Positions 13,541 through 28,581 are shown, counted from the stretch's first letter. The stretch is DNA of 64,000 nt from Eledone cirrhosa (GCA_964016885.1 OZ024740.1:399218001-399282000), one strand, 5' to 3'. Notes: a model not told the origin generated them from the letters alone. Made by a program: numbers and translations.

Positions 13541-13606
13541 AGATGCTGTAATCCCAGATGGACCAGCAGTACCGTTGGTAGGGGTTGAAACTGCCCAAGT
13601 CCATCT
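13541..13606 (+). ncRNA. Decayed hammerhead ribozyme (core truncated)
   Basis: agatg-CTGT-aatccc...ggggtt-GAAA-ct..ag-TC-catct: stems I, II and III and the GUC triplet are present, but CUGANGA is reduced. Lies between inverted repeats 13448-13497 and 13691-13740. Confidence 0.45.
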
Positions 13607-13745
13607 CAATGGCTGAAAACCCTGGAGTCATGTGTCTTTTGTTTATTTGTATTTTCATTTAAAAAAAATAATTTTTTAAGGTTTCCCTTTAATAATAACT
13701 TATAGCAATTAAACTATAACATGTACACATGGAATTTTAAGTAAG

Positions 13746-15970
13746 CATTCCAACCATCCTGCCAGCATAACCAAGAACCTGGTAAGATACGTTTCGTTGA
13801 GGTTTTCCCGTCAATCTACTAATTAGCATATTTTCAACGACCATTCCACTTATTACAATGAAGCTCTTGCTCGGAGTGGATTTGTCAATAAGGTAGCATA
13901 TACAGAGTATGAAAATAGACCTAGAAGAAATTAACGATGCTGGGTTTAAAATCACCTCTGATCTCGACATCCTGAACCGGACCGAACCTCTGGACCCTAT
14001 TTCTCCCCACTTTACCCTGAAGGATCACAAATCCAATTTTCCGAACAACCCCTCTATTTGGCTTATTAACCCTACGAAGTCCGATTTAGGTCGACTTAGT
14101 AAAAGGATTCTTGATAGAATTATACCTGAAATTAGAAGTTTGGCCCCTCTCGCACTGTGGAACAATTCTTTCGCGGTGATTGATTCGTTCAACGGCATAT
14201 GCAACAAGGAACATTGCCGTTTTATCCAATTCGACATCAACAATTACTACTCCTTCATCACTTTACCACTTCTCCTTAGAGCTATCAATTTCGATAAGGT
14301 AGCATATACAGAGTACGAAAATAGACCTAGAAGAAATAGATCCCGTCGCATTTGTTGGTATAACCCACCATATAATATGGAGGTGGCCACACCATTAGCT
14401 AAGATCTTTCTTTCCCTTATTACGAAGCATTTTCCCCCTACACATAAATATAGTAAAATTTTTAATAGAAATACTATTAAAATTTCTTACTCTACGACTC
14501 CTAACCTTGCACATAACATCACAGATTCAAATTTAGCTAAACTACCTAGCCGTAGGAACACGTGCAACCCTAGTTAGTACTAACTGTAATTGTAGGAATC
14601 GGTTTGATTGCCCCCTATCCGGGAAATACCTCTCTAGTAACATTGTCTACAAATGTAAGGTTGAAACACCCACGTCCCGTAGAGCCTATATAGGGTTAAC
14701 CGCCAATAGGTTCAAGCAACGTCTTTACATGCATACCCATTCTTTTCGTTACCCTCTAAGAAGGAATATGACGTCACTCTCAGCTTATATCTGGAGTCTA
14801 AAAGGGAAATAAAAGACCATGTGACCTCTGCGCCGCTGAGGCCCTGGAAATACTCTACGCCACAGACCACATCTTAAACAAAAAATCTGAGGCAATTTCG
14901 GCTTGTAAACGTAAATTGCACAAAACTTTCCTGTATTACAGCCCCACATTATACCCTAACGGATAGTACGATCTATACGTGGATATTTTACGTCTTGATG
15001 TGGTAGCTAAGTATATGTTATGTTTATACCATTACTTATTTGCATAGGTAAGTATATATTACCTGTATGTTTTGTGAAGGTATGTATACTTTCTCGTACG
15101 TATATTTGATTGTATATGTTATGGCGTATAATTTTATATATTCTGGTACATATGGTTTGGTTATGTGTATACGGGAGTTTCGCATCTGTGTGAGTATGCA
15201 GGTTCGTACGTATGTAGGGTGTGTGTATATGTGTACTTCATGTTTTGGGTGACGTACGTATCCGAACATTTGTGTATTTACATGTAGGTATGTGTGTGCG
15301 CTTGTTATATACGTATTTATTTATTTATATACGTTTATTTATTTATTTATTTATTTATTTGTATACACGCACACACACACACATTTATATATGCGTAGTT
15401 TTGTATACCTATGGCAAGTGTTTTCGCGTATGCTTGTGTATGTACGTATATGGGGGTGTGTATGTATTTATTTAATTTCTATTACCTCTGTATTGTATTT
15501 TATTTACTTTATTCTTAACTCTGAAGTGGAGTTTCTTTCGGTTTCCTAGTTAGAATTTTAGTCTACGACTTCTGCTACACCATTTACGTGGTTTTGTCTT
15601 TGCGTGCAATTGTTCTCCACGCTCCACATATGACGTATTATCTTCGTTTTTTCCGTTCATTGCCAGAGAACGTCTCTATGAACCACCTAAGAGAACATTA
15701 GTCTACGACTTCTTTTATACCATAAGCGTGGTTCTGTCTTTGCGCGTAATTGTTTTTCACCGCTCCTATTAATGACGTATTATATTCGTTTTATCCCGTT
15801 CTTTGCCAGGGAACGTTTCCATGAACCAAAGTATCGTCTTCCTGTCTTCCTCCGGTGGCAACGTTTTTTGAAATATCCACTTCTGCATTTACAGATTGAC
15901 TTTGTTAGTTTCAGAAGATCCCGTTAAGGGTGAAAGCAGCCATTCTTTGCTTAAACTTTAATCTGTTATT
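13746..15970 (+). mobile_element. Rearranged Penelope-like element (RT/GIY-YIG remnants, 3' UTR, terminal hammerhead)
   Basis: ORF 13909..14577 aligns to 20740-22561 (TLKDHK, LINPTKSD, WYNPP); CNCRNRFDCPL and AYIGLT in 14583-14700; 140-bp tandem dimer at 15558-15830. Confidence 0.88.
15907..15957 (+). ncRNA. Type I hammerhead ribozyme with one core mutation
   Basis: agttt-CaGAAGA-tccc gttaa gggt-GAAA-gca..tgc-TT-aaact; U4 is changed to A. Confidence 0.65.
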
Positions 15971-15974
15971 TTAA

Positions 15975-16009
<35 letters not shown>

Positions 16010-16160
16010 TTATATGTATATATATATATATGTATATATCTATATATGTATATATGTATATATATGTATATATATATGTATATATATATGTATATATATA
16101 TATGTATATATATGTATATATATATATATGTATATATGTATATATATATGTATATATATA

Positions 16161-17464
16161 CAGGGTGCAGACGATATTTGTTTGCAAGATTACTGTCTAG
16201 GAAAAAATAGCACAGTAGTTTTATTTTTTAAGATATATTTACCAAATTTGGTTCAGTTTGTCTTCATGACTTCTTCTTTCGATCTCACTCGATAAACCCG
16301 CCATTGGCTTTGATGACGGCCTCAAGGCGGCCTCAGAACTGACTACAGGCTGCTAAAGTCACTGTCCCCCGACTTAGGCCGCTAAAGGCACTTGTGATCC
16401 TGGCCTTCATATCTTTCGTATTGCAGCTAGATCTGTTGGTGTCTCGTTCCACTGCGCCCCACACAAAGAAGTCGAGGGGGTTGCAGTCAGGCGAGCTGGG
16501 AGGCCAGATGTCAGGTGAAGTGTGGTCGACGAAGTTCTCTGACAGCCAGGTTTGGGTCTTTCGGCAGGTATGGCAGGGCGCTGAGTCTTGCTGCCACATG
16601 TACGGCCTACCTGCAGCTACCTGGTCAATCCAGGGCTTTACTACCTCGCTCAGAACGCGGCTGTAGCCATCAGTGTTCAGCTTGAGGCCCTCAGGGAAGA
16701 AGTGAGGTGGCATGATGTTACCTTGACTGCTGACGAGACCTAAGACCAATGTTGTCGCTGGAAACTTTGTCTGCATGACTCTGGGCACGTATTTGGATGA
16801 GACAGCGAGCCACCTGTTGTTCTGGGAGTTGACCTTCTGGTCTTGGCATAAGTTTTTCTCGTCGGAGAAAAACCACAGCATGTCTGGCTCCAGTGGGTGT
16901 TTCAACTTGTTGATCAGCTTCTTTGCTTGCTTCAGTCGCTTTTCTTGCATCACCTTTGACAGAAATTGTCCTTTCCTGATCTTGTATGAAACGTAGCGAA
17001 TGTCATGTACCACCAGCCTTATGAGCTTTTCATCCACGCCTTTCTCCCTTGCAATAGCATGCATCGACTTGCTTGGTTCATTGTTGATGATATTCTGAAC
17101 TTCAGCGACGAACTTAGGTGTTCTGAAGGCGTCAGATCGTCGATCATGTGTTTTCCTCTCTGATGTTGCTTCGTAGTCGAATCCTGAATCTTCCAATTCC
17201 TTTCTGACCTTTTCCACCATTCTCCTTCTGACGCTGAGAAAGTCTGAAATTTCCTTATTTGTCCTCCCGGCGCGGATTCCAAGAAGAACTCCGTGTCTCT
17301 TCCACAAATTTGGAGGTTCAAAATTATTCATAATCAATTATTCTGAAAATAAATAATGGAAATATAGTCACTGTTTTTATGAAGACAAGAGTGACAGCGG
17401 AAGTAAAAAAAATTTGCATAAAGTTAGCAGTTGAAAATTGCGAACAAATATTGTCCACAGCCTG
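16161..17464 (-). mobile_element. Tc1/mariner DD37D (maT-type) DNA transposon, full length
   Basis: Imperfect ~27-bp TIRs CAGGGTGCAGACGATATTTGTTTGCAA / CAGGCTGTGGACAATATTTGTTCGCAA, TA on both sides. Confidence 0.93.
16333..17337 (-). CDS. DD37D transposase (334 aa)
   Basis: FFSDEK, QQDSAPCH and SPDCNPLD motifs, with 37 residues between the 2nd and 3rd Asp. Confidence 0.9.
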   Translation of the reverse strand: MIMNNFEPPNLWKRHGVLLGIRAGRTNKEISDFLSVRRRMVEKVRKELEDSGFDYEATSERKTHDRRSDAFRTPKFVAEVQNIINNEPSKSMHAIAREKGVDEKLIRLVVHDIRYVSYKIRKGQFLSKVMQEKRLKQAKKLINKLKHPLEPDMLWFFSDEKNLCQDQKVNSQNNRWLAVSSKYVPRVMQTKFPATTLVLGLVSSQGNIMPPHFFPEGLKLNTDGYSRVLSEVVKPWIDQVAAGRPYMWQQDSAPCHTCRKTQTWLSENFVDHTSPDIWPPSSPDCNPLDFFVWGAVERDTNRSSCNTKDMKARITSAFSGLSRGTVTLAACSQF

Positions 17465-17496
17465 TATATATATGTATATATATATGTGTATATATA

Positions 17497-20040
17497 TCAT
17501 CATCATCATCATCATATCATCATCATTTTACGTTTGCTTTTCCCTGCTTGCAAGGGTTGGACGGGTCCTTTTCAGCACAGTATCTCTCCACTTGTCACAG
17601 TCTTTCGTCATCTCCTCGGTGAGGTCTGCCCTCACCACCTCCGCCCATGTTTTTCGTGGTCTACCTCTACTGCGTATTCCTTCTACTGGGATTTCTTGGC
17701 ACTTCTTTATCCAGCGGTCATCCTCCATGCGCATCACATGTCCATACCATCTCAGCCTTCTCTCCTGCACACCACAACTTATCCCTCTTATACCCAGTTT
17801 CTTTCTCAACTCATCTATGCTTGGTCGTTCACGCACATTGGTATTGCACATCCAACAGAGCATACTTGCTTCATTTCTCTCCAGCCGTCGCATATCTTCT
17901 GCAGTTGCTGCCCATGTCTCACTACCATGCAGCATCGCGCATCTCACACAGGCATCATATAACCGTCCTTTCGTACGCAGGGAGAAACCCTTTGTCAACA
18001 GAGGAAGCAGCTCCCTAAACTTCTTCCAACCTGTCCTTATTCTAGATACTATGGCCTTGGAACACCCCACTCCCATGCTAATCTGATCACCTAGGTACCG
18101 GAAGCTATCAACCACTTCTATAGAACCCACCTGCATTGGAAAAATGTATCTATCACTGCGATTATTACTGCCAACTTTCTCTGTACATCTACTGCATATG
18201 TAGTTTTCCTTACCTGTTAGTTTGCCTGCTATCCCACACATCTCTTGTGTACCCAAGATCTGCCTTGCGTACATTTTATGGAATTTATGCCAGTTCCTTT
18301 CCTACATATTGAACATGGCCATTTCTCTGATGGAATCAGAGTATTGTCCTCTCTTCTACTTATCAACACATTTGTTTAGCTATGTTCGCTCTCAGGCCTC
18401 TTGATTCCAACTGCTGTTTCCATAGCCAGAATTTATTCTCTAGCTCCTCTACTGATTCTGCTATAAGAACCAGATCATCAGCATAGAGAAGTTCCCATGG
18501 GCAGCCAGTCTTAAACTCCTCTGTTATGGCTTGGAGGACTATAATGAACATGAGCGAGTTGAGGACCGAACCCTGATGTACACCTACTTGTATCTGGAAT
18601 TCCTCACTAAACTCCATTACTATTCTCACTTTACTGACAGCACCCCTGTACATAGCTTGCACTGTCCTCACAAGCCATTCCCCTACACCTAGTTTCCTTA
18701 GGGACCACAAGATGACAGGGCCTTCTCTAGGTCAACAAAAGCTAAGTATAGTGGCTTATTCTTCTCTAAGAACCTCTCTTGTAGTTGCCTCACTAAGAAG
18801 AGGGCATCTGTTGTACTTTTGCGAGGCTCAAAACCAAACTGCATCTCATCTAATTTGACCCTTTCTCTAATCAGTTGTGCTAATATTCTCTCTGCCACTT
18901 TCATAACCTGATCCATCAGCTTTATGCCCCTATAATTGTTCCTCTCTAGAGTATCCCCTTTACCTTTGTAGCAATTTATGAGAATACTGCTGCACCAGTC
19001 TTTGGGTATGACACCACCATATATAGCTTGATTGATGATGCATGCAACTAGTTTAGTGCCTACTTCTCCTGATGCCTTCAGCATCTCAGCAACTATCCCC
19101 GACAGTACAGCAGCCTTACCATTCTTCATTTCCTTAATTGCCTCTTGTACCCTATATTCGTCAATCTCAATAGCTGGTCCCTCTGTTGGGTCTACTGGGG
19201 GCAATTTCTCTTTGTCCCATTCGTTCTCACATTCATCAGTCTCTCATAATGACATTTCCAGGCCTCCTTTTTTTGATCATTCGTGACACTAAGTACACCG
19301 GCATCATTCCGGACACACTTATCTCCAACAACATCCTGATTTGCACTGACACACTGCCTTGTAATGCAGAACACCGCACGTCTCTGATCTTCCCCTCACA
19401 GAACATTGGAAAATCTCCTACTCTCAGCCTCCCTGCGTGCTAAGTACACCTGACGTCTAGCTTCTCTCTTAGCGGCTGTGTATCCTTCTCTACTCCCACC
19501 GTTTTTCCATGCCAGTCTTTTGTCTCTAATGGCCCTATCTACTGTGCTGTTCCACCAGCAGGTCACTCTCTGTCTGGTCGAAGCTCTGCCCCAACCACAA
19601 GTTTCTTCAGTAGCCTGCAGTAAGTTGTCGCGCAAGAAATTCCAGTTATCATCTATGTCATACAATTCTAAATCGTCTTCTTTTTTGTCATACACATCTT
19701 GAAGGGCTTTGCTAAATTTATATTTTAATGAAAGGTCTTCTAGCTTCCAAACTTTTCTTTTCCACACCTTCCTGTATGTCTCATTCTTTCTCTTGCTTAC
19801 TGAGATGTCACTAACGACTAACCTATGCTGTGGGGTACATTCTTCCCTGGGGTATCCCTTAGTATTTGACACCATCTGTCTGTCTCGCTGTCTAACTAGC
19901 AGGAAGTCAATCTGGCTTATGTGCTTGCCTGATTTGTAGGTTATTAGGTGGTTGGTAGGCTTCTGGAAGTTAGTGTTGCAAATGGTTAGTGCATTTGCAT
20001 CACAAAATTCAAGAAGCCTCACTCCTTCTTCATTTTTTGA
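17497..20040 (-). mobile_element. RTE LINE (family C), 5'-truncated and frameshifted
   Basis: ORFs 19396..20022, 18698..19204, 18363..18710 (YADD) and 17528..18274; very short 3' UTR and (GAT)n tail. Confidence 0.93.
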
Positions 20041-20222
20041 GCCGTATATATATATATATATATGTGTGTGTGCGTGTGCGTGTTTATATATATATGTATA
20101 TATATATATATGTATATATTAAAATTGATATATATATAAATATATATGATGGGTCTAATTCTGTTTGGATTATTATATGATTGGTTTCTCATGAGACTTT
20201 TATTTTAATTCTTGTTATCTAG

Positions 20223-20548
20223 ATTTCAAAGAATTGGCTACTCTTGATAATTTGGAACATTGCAGAGGTATACAAAATATATGGTACAACCTTCATCAGG
20301 AAATATCTAAATGTCAAAATATATCAACTAGAAGAAATTCAATGGAAGCAGTTACCACTTTGTGTCCGTCTGTGAATGATGCCTTGTACTGGTGTTGCTC
20401 AGATGTTCAAAATCTTGTGAAACCCTCATATATGTTAACTGGGGTTCCTGCATTACTCAAAGAAGCTGCTCATATCCAACTTCTTGTAACTGGTAGCCTT
20501 CTTTTAGTCGGGAAGTTCTTATCATTCTTAACTTCTGATGGACCTTAA
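20223..20548 (+). CDS. FPGS: FPGS-like terminal exon (DFKELATL...[31 protein letters not shown])
   Basis: TCTAG acceptor, phase-compatible with 6739; C-terminus resembles FPGS LREAAAIHVLVTGSLHLVG; TAA at 20546-20548. Confidence 0.9.
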
Positions 20549-20576
20549 AAACCACAATTCTTCGCAAGCACACACA

Positions 20577-20675
<99 letters not shown>

Positions 20676-20739
20676 GTATATATATATATATATATGTATG
20701 TGTATATATATGTATATATATATATATATGTGTATATAT

Positions 20740-22561
20740 ATTACGTTATTATGTCTCCTCCGATAAAACCAAAAACGTTTATGAGGTAGACCCACAGACC
20801 TACAATAAGCTGGCAATAAATACCATCACGATCACCTACAAAAAGGTAATAGAGAGGGCACTGACTGAGACAAACGCGGCCGGAAAAGAAATCGCCAAGT
20901 CCCTTAAATTACACGACCGAACCGAACCTTTAAGGGTAAAGACCCCGCACTTTACCCTGAAGGACCATAAGGGAAACTTCCTCAACAAACCATCAGTCAG
21001 ACTTATCAACCCCACTCGTTCTGACATCGGCTCTATCAGTAAGAAGATCCTGGATAGAGTTCTACCATCATTGCGGGCTGCCTCACCACTTCCACTCTGG
21101 AGCAGAACATCTGAGGCAATATCATGGTTCCAAAAATTACCCGACAAACACCACACTCGCTTCCTGCAACTCGACATAGAAAACTACTATGCCTCTATCT
21201 CGGAGCCCCTCCTGAAGGACGCAATTAACTTTGCCAGGAATTTTACCACCATTACCGATGCTGAGCAAGTTGTTATCCTCCACGCTCGTAAGACCTTTCT
21301 ATACCACGATGGATCTTACTGGATCAACAAGAAATCTCAGACCCCATTTGACGTTAGCATGGGGGCAAGTGACTCGGCTGAAATTAGCGACCTTGTGGGC
21401 CTGTACATCCTACATCACCTGAAGAACCTCTTTACCGGCCTAATGGGAGGTTTATACCGAGACGACGGCCTCTTCGCCCTGCATAAGGTTAACCCCAGAA
21501 CCACCGATGGGTTTCGGAAAAACTTAAGCTCTTTCTTCTCTAATCTAGGATTTAGTATAACTATAGAATCTAATTTGACTAGGGCCAACTTCTTAGATGT
21601 CACTCTCGACCTAGATACTTCCCTCTATTACCCGTACCACAAACCTAACGAGTCCCTTAAATATATTAATGTTAATTCAAACCACCCCCAAAACATCACT
21701 GATAACCTAGTAAAAAGCGTCTCTATTAGAATATCTGGCCTCTCCGCCAACAAAGATATTTTTAATGCATCTGCCTCCTACTACAATGACGCCCTCGCCC
21801 GTAGCGGATTTAAAGATAAGATAACTTACCTAGAAACCACCGCAAGATTGCAGAGGAGGAATAGACATAGGCAGATTAGCTGGTACAACCCTCCCTTCAA
21901 TAGAGAGGTATCTACTCCGATAGCTAGGATTTTCTTCACTTTGCTGAAATTACACTTCCCCATACAACATAGGTACCACACCATCTTTAATAAGAACACA
22001 ATAAGACTGTCTTACTCCACCACACCTAACCTAGCTAGGAATATAGCCAACCACAATTCTAAAAAATTAAATAAGCCAACCACCTCCGAACCCAATCCCC
22101 GGACTGGGGCTCTATGTAATTGCCTAAATAAGGAAGCATGCCCACTTGAAAACAAATGCCTCACAAATGATATCGTATACAAATGCGATGTCATCTCAGG
22201 CACCGAGGATTGCAAAAAAACTTACATCGGCATGACCTCCAACAACTTTAAGACCCGTTGGTATGCCCATACCCACTCCTTCAGAAGACTGGACAAATCA
22301 AATCAGACAACACTCGCCTCCTACGTTTGGGACCTCAAAAGGAACTCCACCCCCTTCACGCTTAAATGGAAAATACTCCAGAAAGCGCGCTCTTACAACG
22401 GAGGACACAAGGGCTGCGACCTTTGTATTTCAGAGAGCTACAAAATTTTATTCGCCAAGGGCCCGCTACTGAACAAACTCTCTGAACACTGCCCGAACTG
22501 CATGCACAAGAACTTTGCAACTTTCAAACACTTTAAGCCAGTGTTAAAGCCCGATGGCTAA
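20740..22561 (+). CDS. Penelope-like RT + GIY-YIG endonuclease, ~600 aa uninterrupted
   Basis: [18 protein letters not shown] and NFLDVT RT motifs; [11 protein letters not shown] linker; IVYKC...TYIGMT; CDLC...CMH. Confidence 0.92.
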
Positions 22562-22739
22562 AAACGACCTCCCCCTATTGGCCCCTATACCTCCTTCCCA
22601 CCCTACCCCCACCCCTCCTCAACCTGAAATACGGCCACTATGGTTATGTGAGTACCTCTTTCCTATCTACATTTTCTGCCTGTAGAGGTGTTTTTATGTG
22701 CCTGCGTATATGCGTATATTTATTGAGTACTTATTTATT

Positions 22740-24420
<1,681 letters not shown>

Positions 24421-24883
24421 TGAATGTGTCTGTTGATTTTTGGCATATAGTTGATTAGTTTAAGAGAAGTTCGAAGATAATTGTAAGATATGCACTCAGT
24501 ATTTTGAATCTGTCTACAGAATTCTCTAAACCTTTGTCACTTAGTAGAACCTTAATGAATTTAGCTTTTAAAGAATCTCCCTTTCCTTTAATTCTATCTA
24601 CCATGACTGACCCCCCCCCCCCCCCACTGATCTTATAGACATCTGTTAGCTTAAGAGAAACTTAATGACAAGGAATGGTATGCCATCCGGAACCTGTTTA
24701 TAGAATTCTGTCTGCCTTTGTTACTCTAAAAACAAAAATTAATAAAAATAAACTATAGCTTTGTAGAATTAGCTTTTAATGAATTCCCTTTTCTATCAAC
24801 CAATGACCTACACCCATCCCACTCCCCACCCTCTCCTACCACTTGTAGAGACCTATAAATACCATATTTATTTTTTGATACCC

Positions 24884-24934
24884 AGATTCCTGATGATTTC
24901 TAAAGAATGAAACAGTTCTAGTTCTGTAGAATCT
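24884..24934 (+). ncRNA. Type I hammerhead ribozyme (Penelope pLTR)
   Basis: agattc-CTGATGA-tttc taaa gaat-GAAA-cag ttctagtt ctg-TA-gaatct; 6-bp stem I, GUA triplet. Confidence 0.85.
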
Positions 24935-24971
24935 CATCTATATTAAAACTATATGTATATATATATATATG

Positions 24972-25074
<103 letters not shown>

Positions 25075-25174
25075 GTATATATATATATGTATATATATAT
25101 ATGTATATATATATATGTATGTATATATATATATGTATGTATATATATATGTATGTATATATATATATGTATGT

Positions 25175-25375
25175 ATCATCATCATCATCATCATCAACGT
25201 TTAATGTCCGTGTTCCACGCTTGCATGGGTTTGGACGGGGGTTTTCCCACTTGAGGCAAGAGTGATTGTCTTGCTCGCATAGGACTGTCTGGCAGGTTTT
25301 CTACAGTTGGATGCCCTTCCTAACACCAACCACATTTACAGTGTGGGTCTGGGAGGTTTTTACCGTGTTGCCTAC
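25175..25375 (-). mobile_element. Short 3' tail of RTE family B
   Basis: Reverse complement of 33215-33404; (CAT)n tail. Confidence 0.85.
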
Positions 25376-25430
25376 ATATGTATATATATATATATATATG
25401 TATGTATATGTATATATATATATATGTATG

Positions 25431-25496
<66 letters not shown>

Positions 25497-25514
25497 TATA
25501 TATATATGTATGTA

Positions 25515-28500
25515 TCATGATCATCATCATCATCACCGTTTTACGTCCGTTCTTCCACGCTAGCATGGGTTAGACGGGTTGTCCTGTTGTGGGCAGTGTC
25601 TGGTCGGCTGACCATGCCTTGCTCATACAGGAACTGATTTGGCTTGATTTCTACAGCTGGATGCCCTTCCTAACACCAACCTCATTTACAGTGAGTACTG
25701 GGTGCTTTTTCGTGGCGCCTACACGTCCACTTTACAGTGTGGGCTGGGTGCTTTTTGCCGTGGCACCTCCACGACCACCTTGCGGTGGGGGGTGTGGGGG
25801 CATGTTGTCTATATGCTTCAGCTTGTACCCATGGGAGGTCGGGTATTCTGTATTACTGCGTGACGCCAGAAGTCACGGTCGTGTGTCATTGCCTTTGAGA
25901 GGTGTAATTGGGTAAGGTCAGCTTTTATCACCTCATCCCAGGTCATCTTGGGTCTCCCCACTCCGCGGTTTCCATCAACTTCTAGTGCTCTGCACCTTTT
26001 TATGCAGCTGTCATCCTTCATACGCATCACATGTCCATACCAGCGCAACCGCCTCTCCTGCACACAGCATTTGATTCCTCTTATCCTCAGTCTCTCTCTC
26101 AATTCATTTATGCTTTGTCGTTCACGTATGTTACTGTTACACATCCACCGGAGCATGCAGGCTTCGTTTCTCTCTAATCTACGTAAGTCTTCCACCTTCA
26201 GCGCCCAGGTCTCACTACCATGCAACATTGCTGTTCGGATACACGCATCATACAGTCTGCCTTTCATTCTGAGGGAGAAGCCTTTTGCAGCTAGCAGTGG
26301 TAGTAGTTCCCTAAACTTCTTCCATCCCATTCTTACCCTAGTTATTGTACTTTCTGAACACCCACCTCCGCTGCTAATTCGGTCACCTAGGTAGCAGAAG
26401 CTGTCTACTGTTTCTACAGAGCCCTTCCAGAGATTGGTGGTACTTGTTTCCTGTGGCTGTTTGCTGCTTGCTGTCTCAGCACAGCTGCTGCATGTGAAGC
26501 CTACATTCTTAATTAAGCTTCCTGAGATCCTGCTACATCTCTTGTGTACCCATTGTTTGCATTTGGGGCAGAGAATGGAGTTCCTACATACTGAGCAAGG
26601 CCATTTCCCTGAGGGGATCTGGGTTCTGTTTTCTCGTCTACTTACAAGGACCTTAGTCTTTGTCATGTTGACTTTGAGACCCTTTCTTTCTAGTCCCTGC
26701 TTCCAAGTTTGGAATTTATTCTCTAGTTCTACCATAGATTCAGCTATAAGTGCGAGGTCATCTGCATACAGGAGTTCCCATGGGCATCCGGTCTTAAACT
26801 CCTCCGTTATTGCCTGCAGGACTATGATGAACAGGAGGGGGCTAAGAACAGAGCCCTGGTGGACCCCAACCTGTACGCTAAATTCCTCGCTATACTCATT
26901 GCTAATCCTAACTTTGCTGACTGCTCCCCTATACATGGCTTGTACCGCTTTCACAAGCCATTCATCTACTCCTAGTTTTCTAAGAGCCCACCAGATTACA
27001 GCATGTGGAACTCTATCAAAGGCTTTCTCAAGGTCGACAAATGCCAAGTAGACTGGCTTACTTTTAGCTAGGTACTTTTGCTGTAATTGCCTCACAAGGA
27101 AGAGGGCATCAGTGGTGCCTCTTCCTGGTACAAACCCAAATTGCATCTCGTCTATTTTCACCCGGTCCCTAATCAACTGTGCTATAACTCTTTCTGTTAC
27201 TTTCATGACCTGGTCCATCAACTTTATACCTCTATAGTTTCCTCTATCTAGTGCATCACCTTTACCTTTGTAGCAGTTGACAATGATGCTACTGCACCAA
27301 TTTTTTGGTATGGCACCTTCTAGTATTACCTGGTTAACAATACGTGTGGTTATAGTGTGACCTACAGACCCAGATGCCTTCAGCATCTCGGCAGCTATAC
27401 CCGATGGACCGGTTGCCTTCCCTATCTTCATATCTTTGATTGCCTTACTTACTATGCTGCTGCTGACTTGTACTCTGGTCCCTCTATAGGGTCTACTTGG
27501 GGTAGGGTCTCTTCTTCCCATGCATTCTCCTCATTTAGTAATCTATCATAATGACTCTTCCATGCATCTTTCTTCTCAGCACTTCTGAGGGCAAGCTCAC
27601 CTTTATCATTCCGGATACACTTCTCTCCAATGACATCACAACTATCTCTGACACACTGCCTCGCAATCTTGAATACCTCCTGTTTCTGGTCCTCACGTTG
27701 CAAAACATGCTTGAATTTTCTATCCTCTGCTTCCCTCCTAGCTAAGTATACTTGTCGCCTAGCTTCCCTCTTGGTCTCTATGTAATGTACCCTGCTCCCC
27801 CCGTTCTTCCATTCTTTCCATGCCTGTCTCTTGGCCTTAACTGCTTCATCTACCTTATTGTTCCACCACCAAGTTACTCTCCTCCTGCTTGAGGTCTTAC
27901 TCCAGCCACAGACCTCATCCGTCGCCTCTAGTAAATTATTTTTTAGGAACTCCCAGTTCTCTTCTACATTAAATGTCTTTATCTGTTCTTCTTTACTGTC
28001 GTAGGCGTTGAGTAAAATATCTTTAAATGTGTTACTGGATGAGGGGACTTTCAGCTTCCAGATCTTTCTTCTCCAGGTTGGCCTCTGTTTCCGGGTTCGT
28101 CTAGTTCTGACCGTGAGGTCGCTGACAACTAAGCTATGTTGGGAGGTACATTCCTCACTAGGGAAGGCTTTTGTGTTTACGACTGTCCATCTGTCACGTC
28201 CTCTGATGAGGATAAAATCTAACTGACTAGAGTGCTCCTCTGATCTGTAGGTGATCAGGTGGTTGTCGGGTTTTTTAAAGTTTGTGTTACATATCGACAT
28301 GTCATTGGCGTCGCAGAATTCTAGAAGCCTGAATCCTTCCTCATTCCTTGTGCCAACCCCATGGCCTCCATGTACTCTATTGAAGCCGTCGCAGTGTTTA
28401 CCTACGTGTCCGTTAAAATCTCCTGCGATGATTAGGAAGTCATTGTCGTCTGTTAGAGCAGTAGTGTGCATTAGGGACTCGTAAAACCTATCCTTAAGTT

Positions 28501-28581
28501 TGTCTGGCAGCCCCGATTGGGGTGCGTAAGCTGATATTATTGTGGTAATTGTTTTATTCAGGACTAGTCTGAGTTTAATGA
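25515..28581 (-). mobile_element. RTE LINE (family A), young, 5'-truncated, single frameshift near 27478
   Basis: ORFs 27452..28471 (APE) and 25818..27521 (RT, PHD insert, C-terminus). Confidence 0.95.

Noticed and set aside
20740-22561. Selenoprotein-type Penelope ORF
   Set aside because: Some CxCx5C-type elements use UGA-Sec, but no in-frame TGA occurs at Cys positions here or in 57749-58417.
25948-27051. Recurrent antisense ORFs over the RTE copies
   Set aside because: Shadow frames of the LINE ORF that recur only because the copies are homologous.
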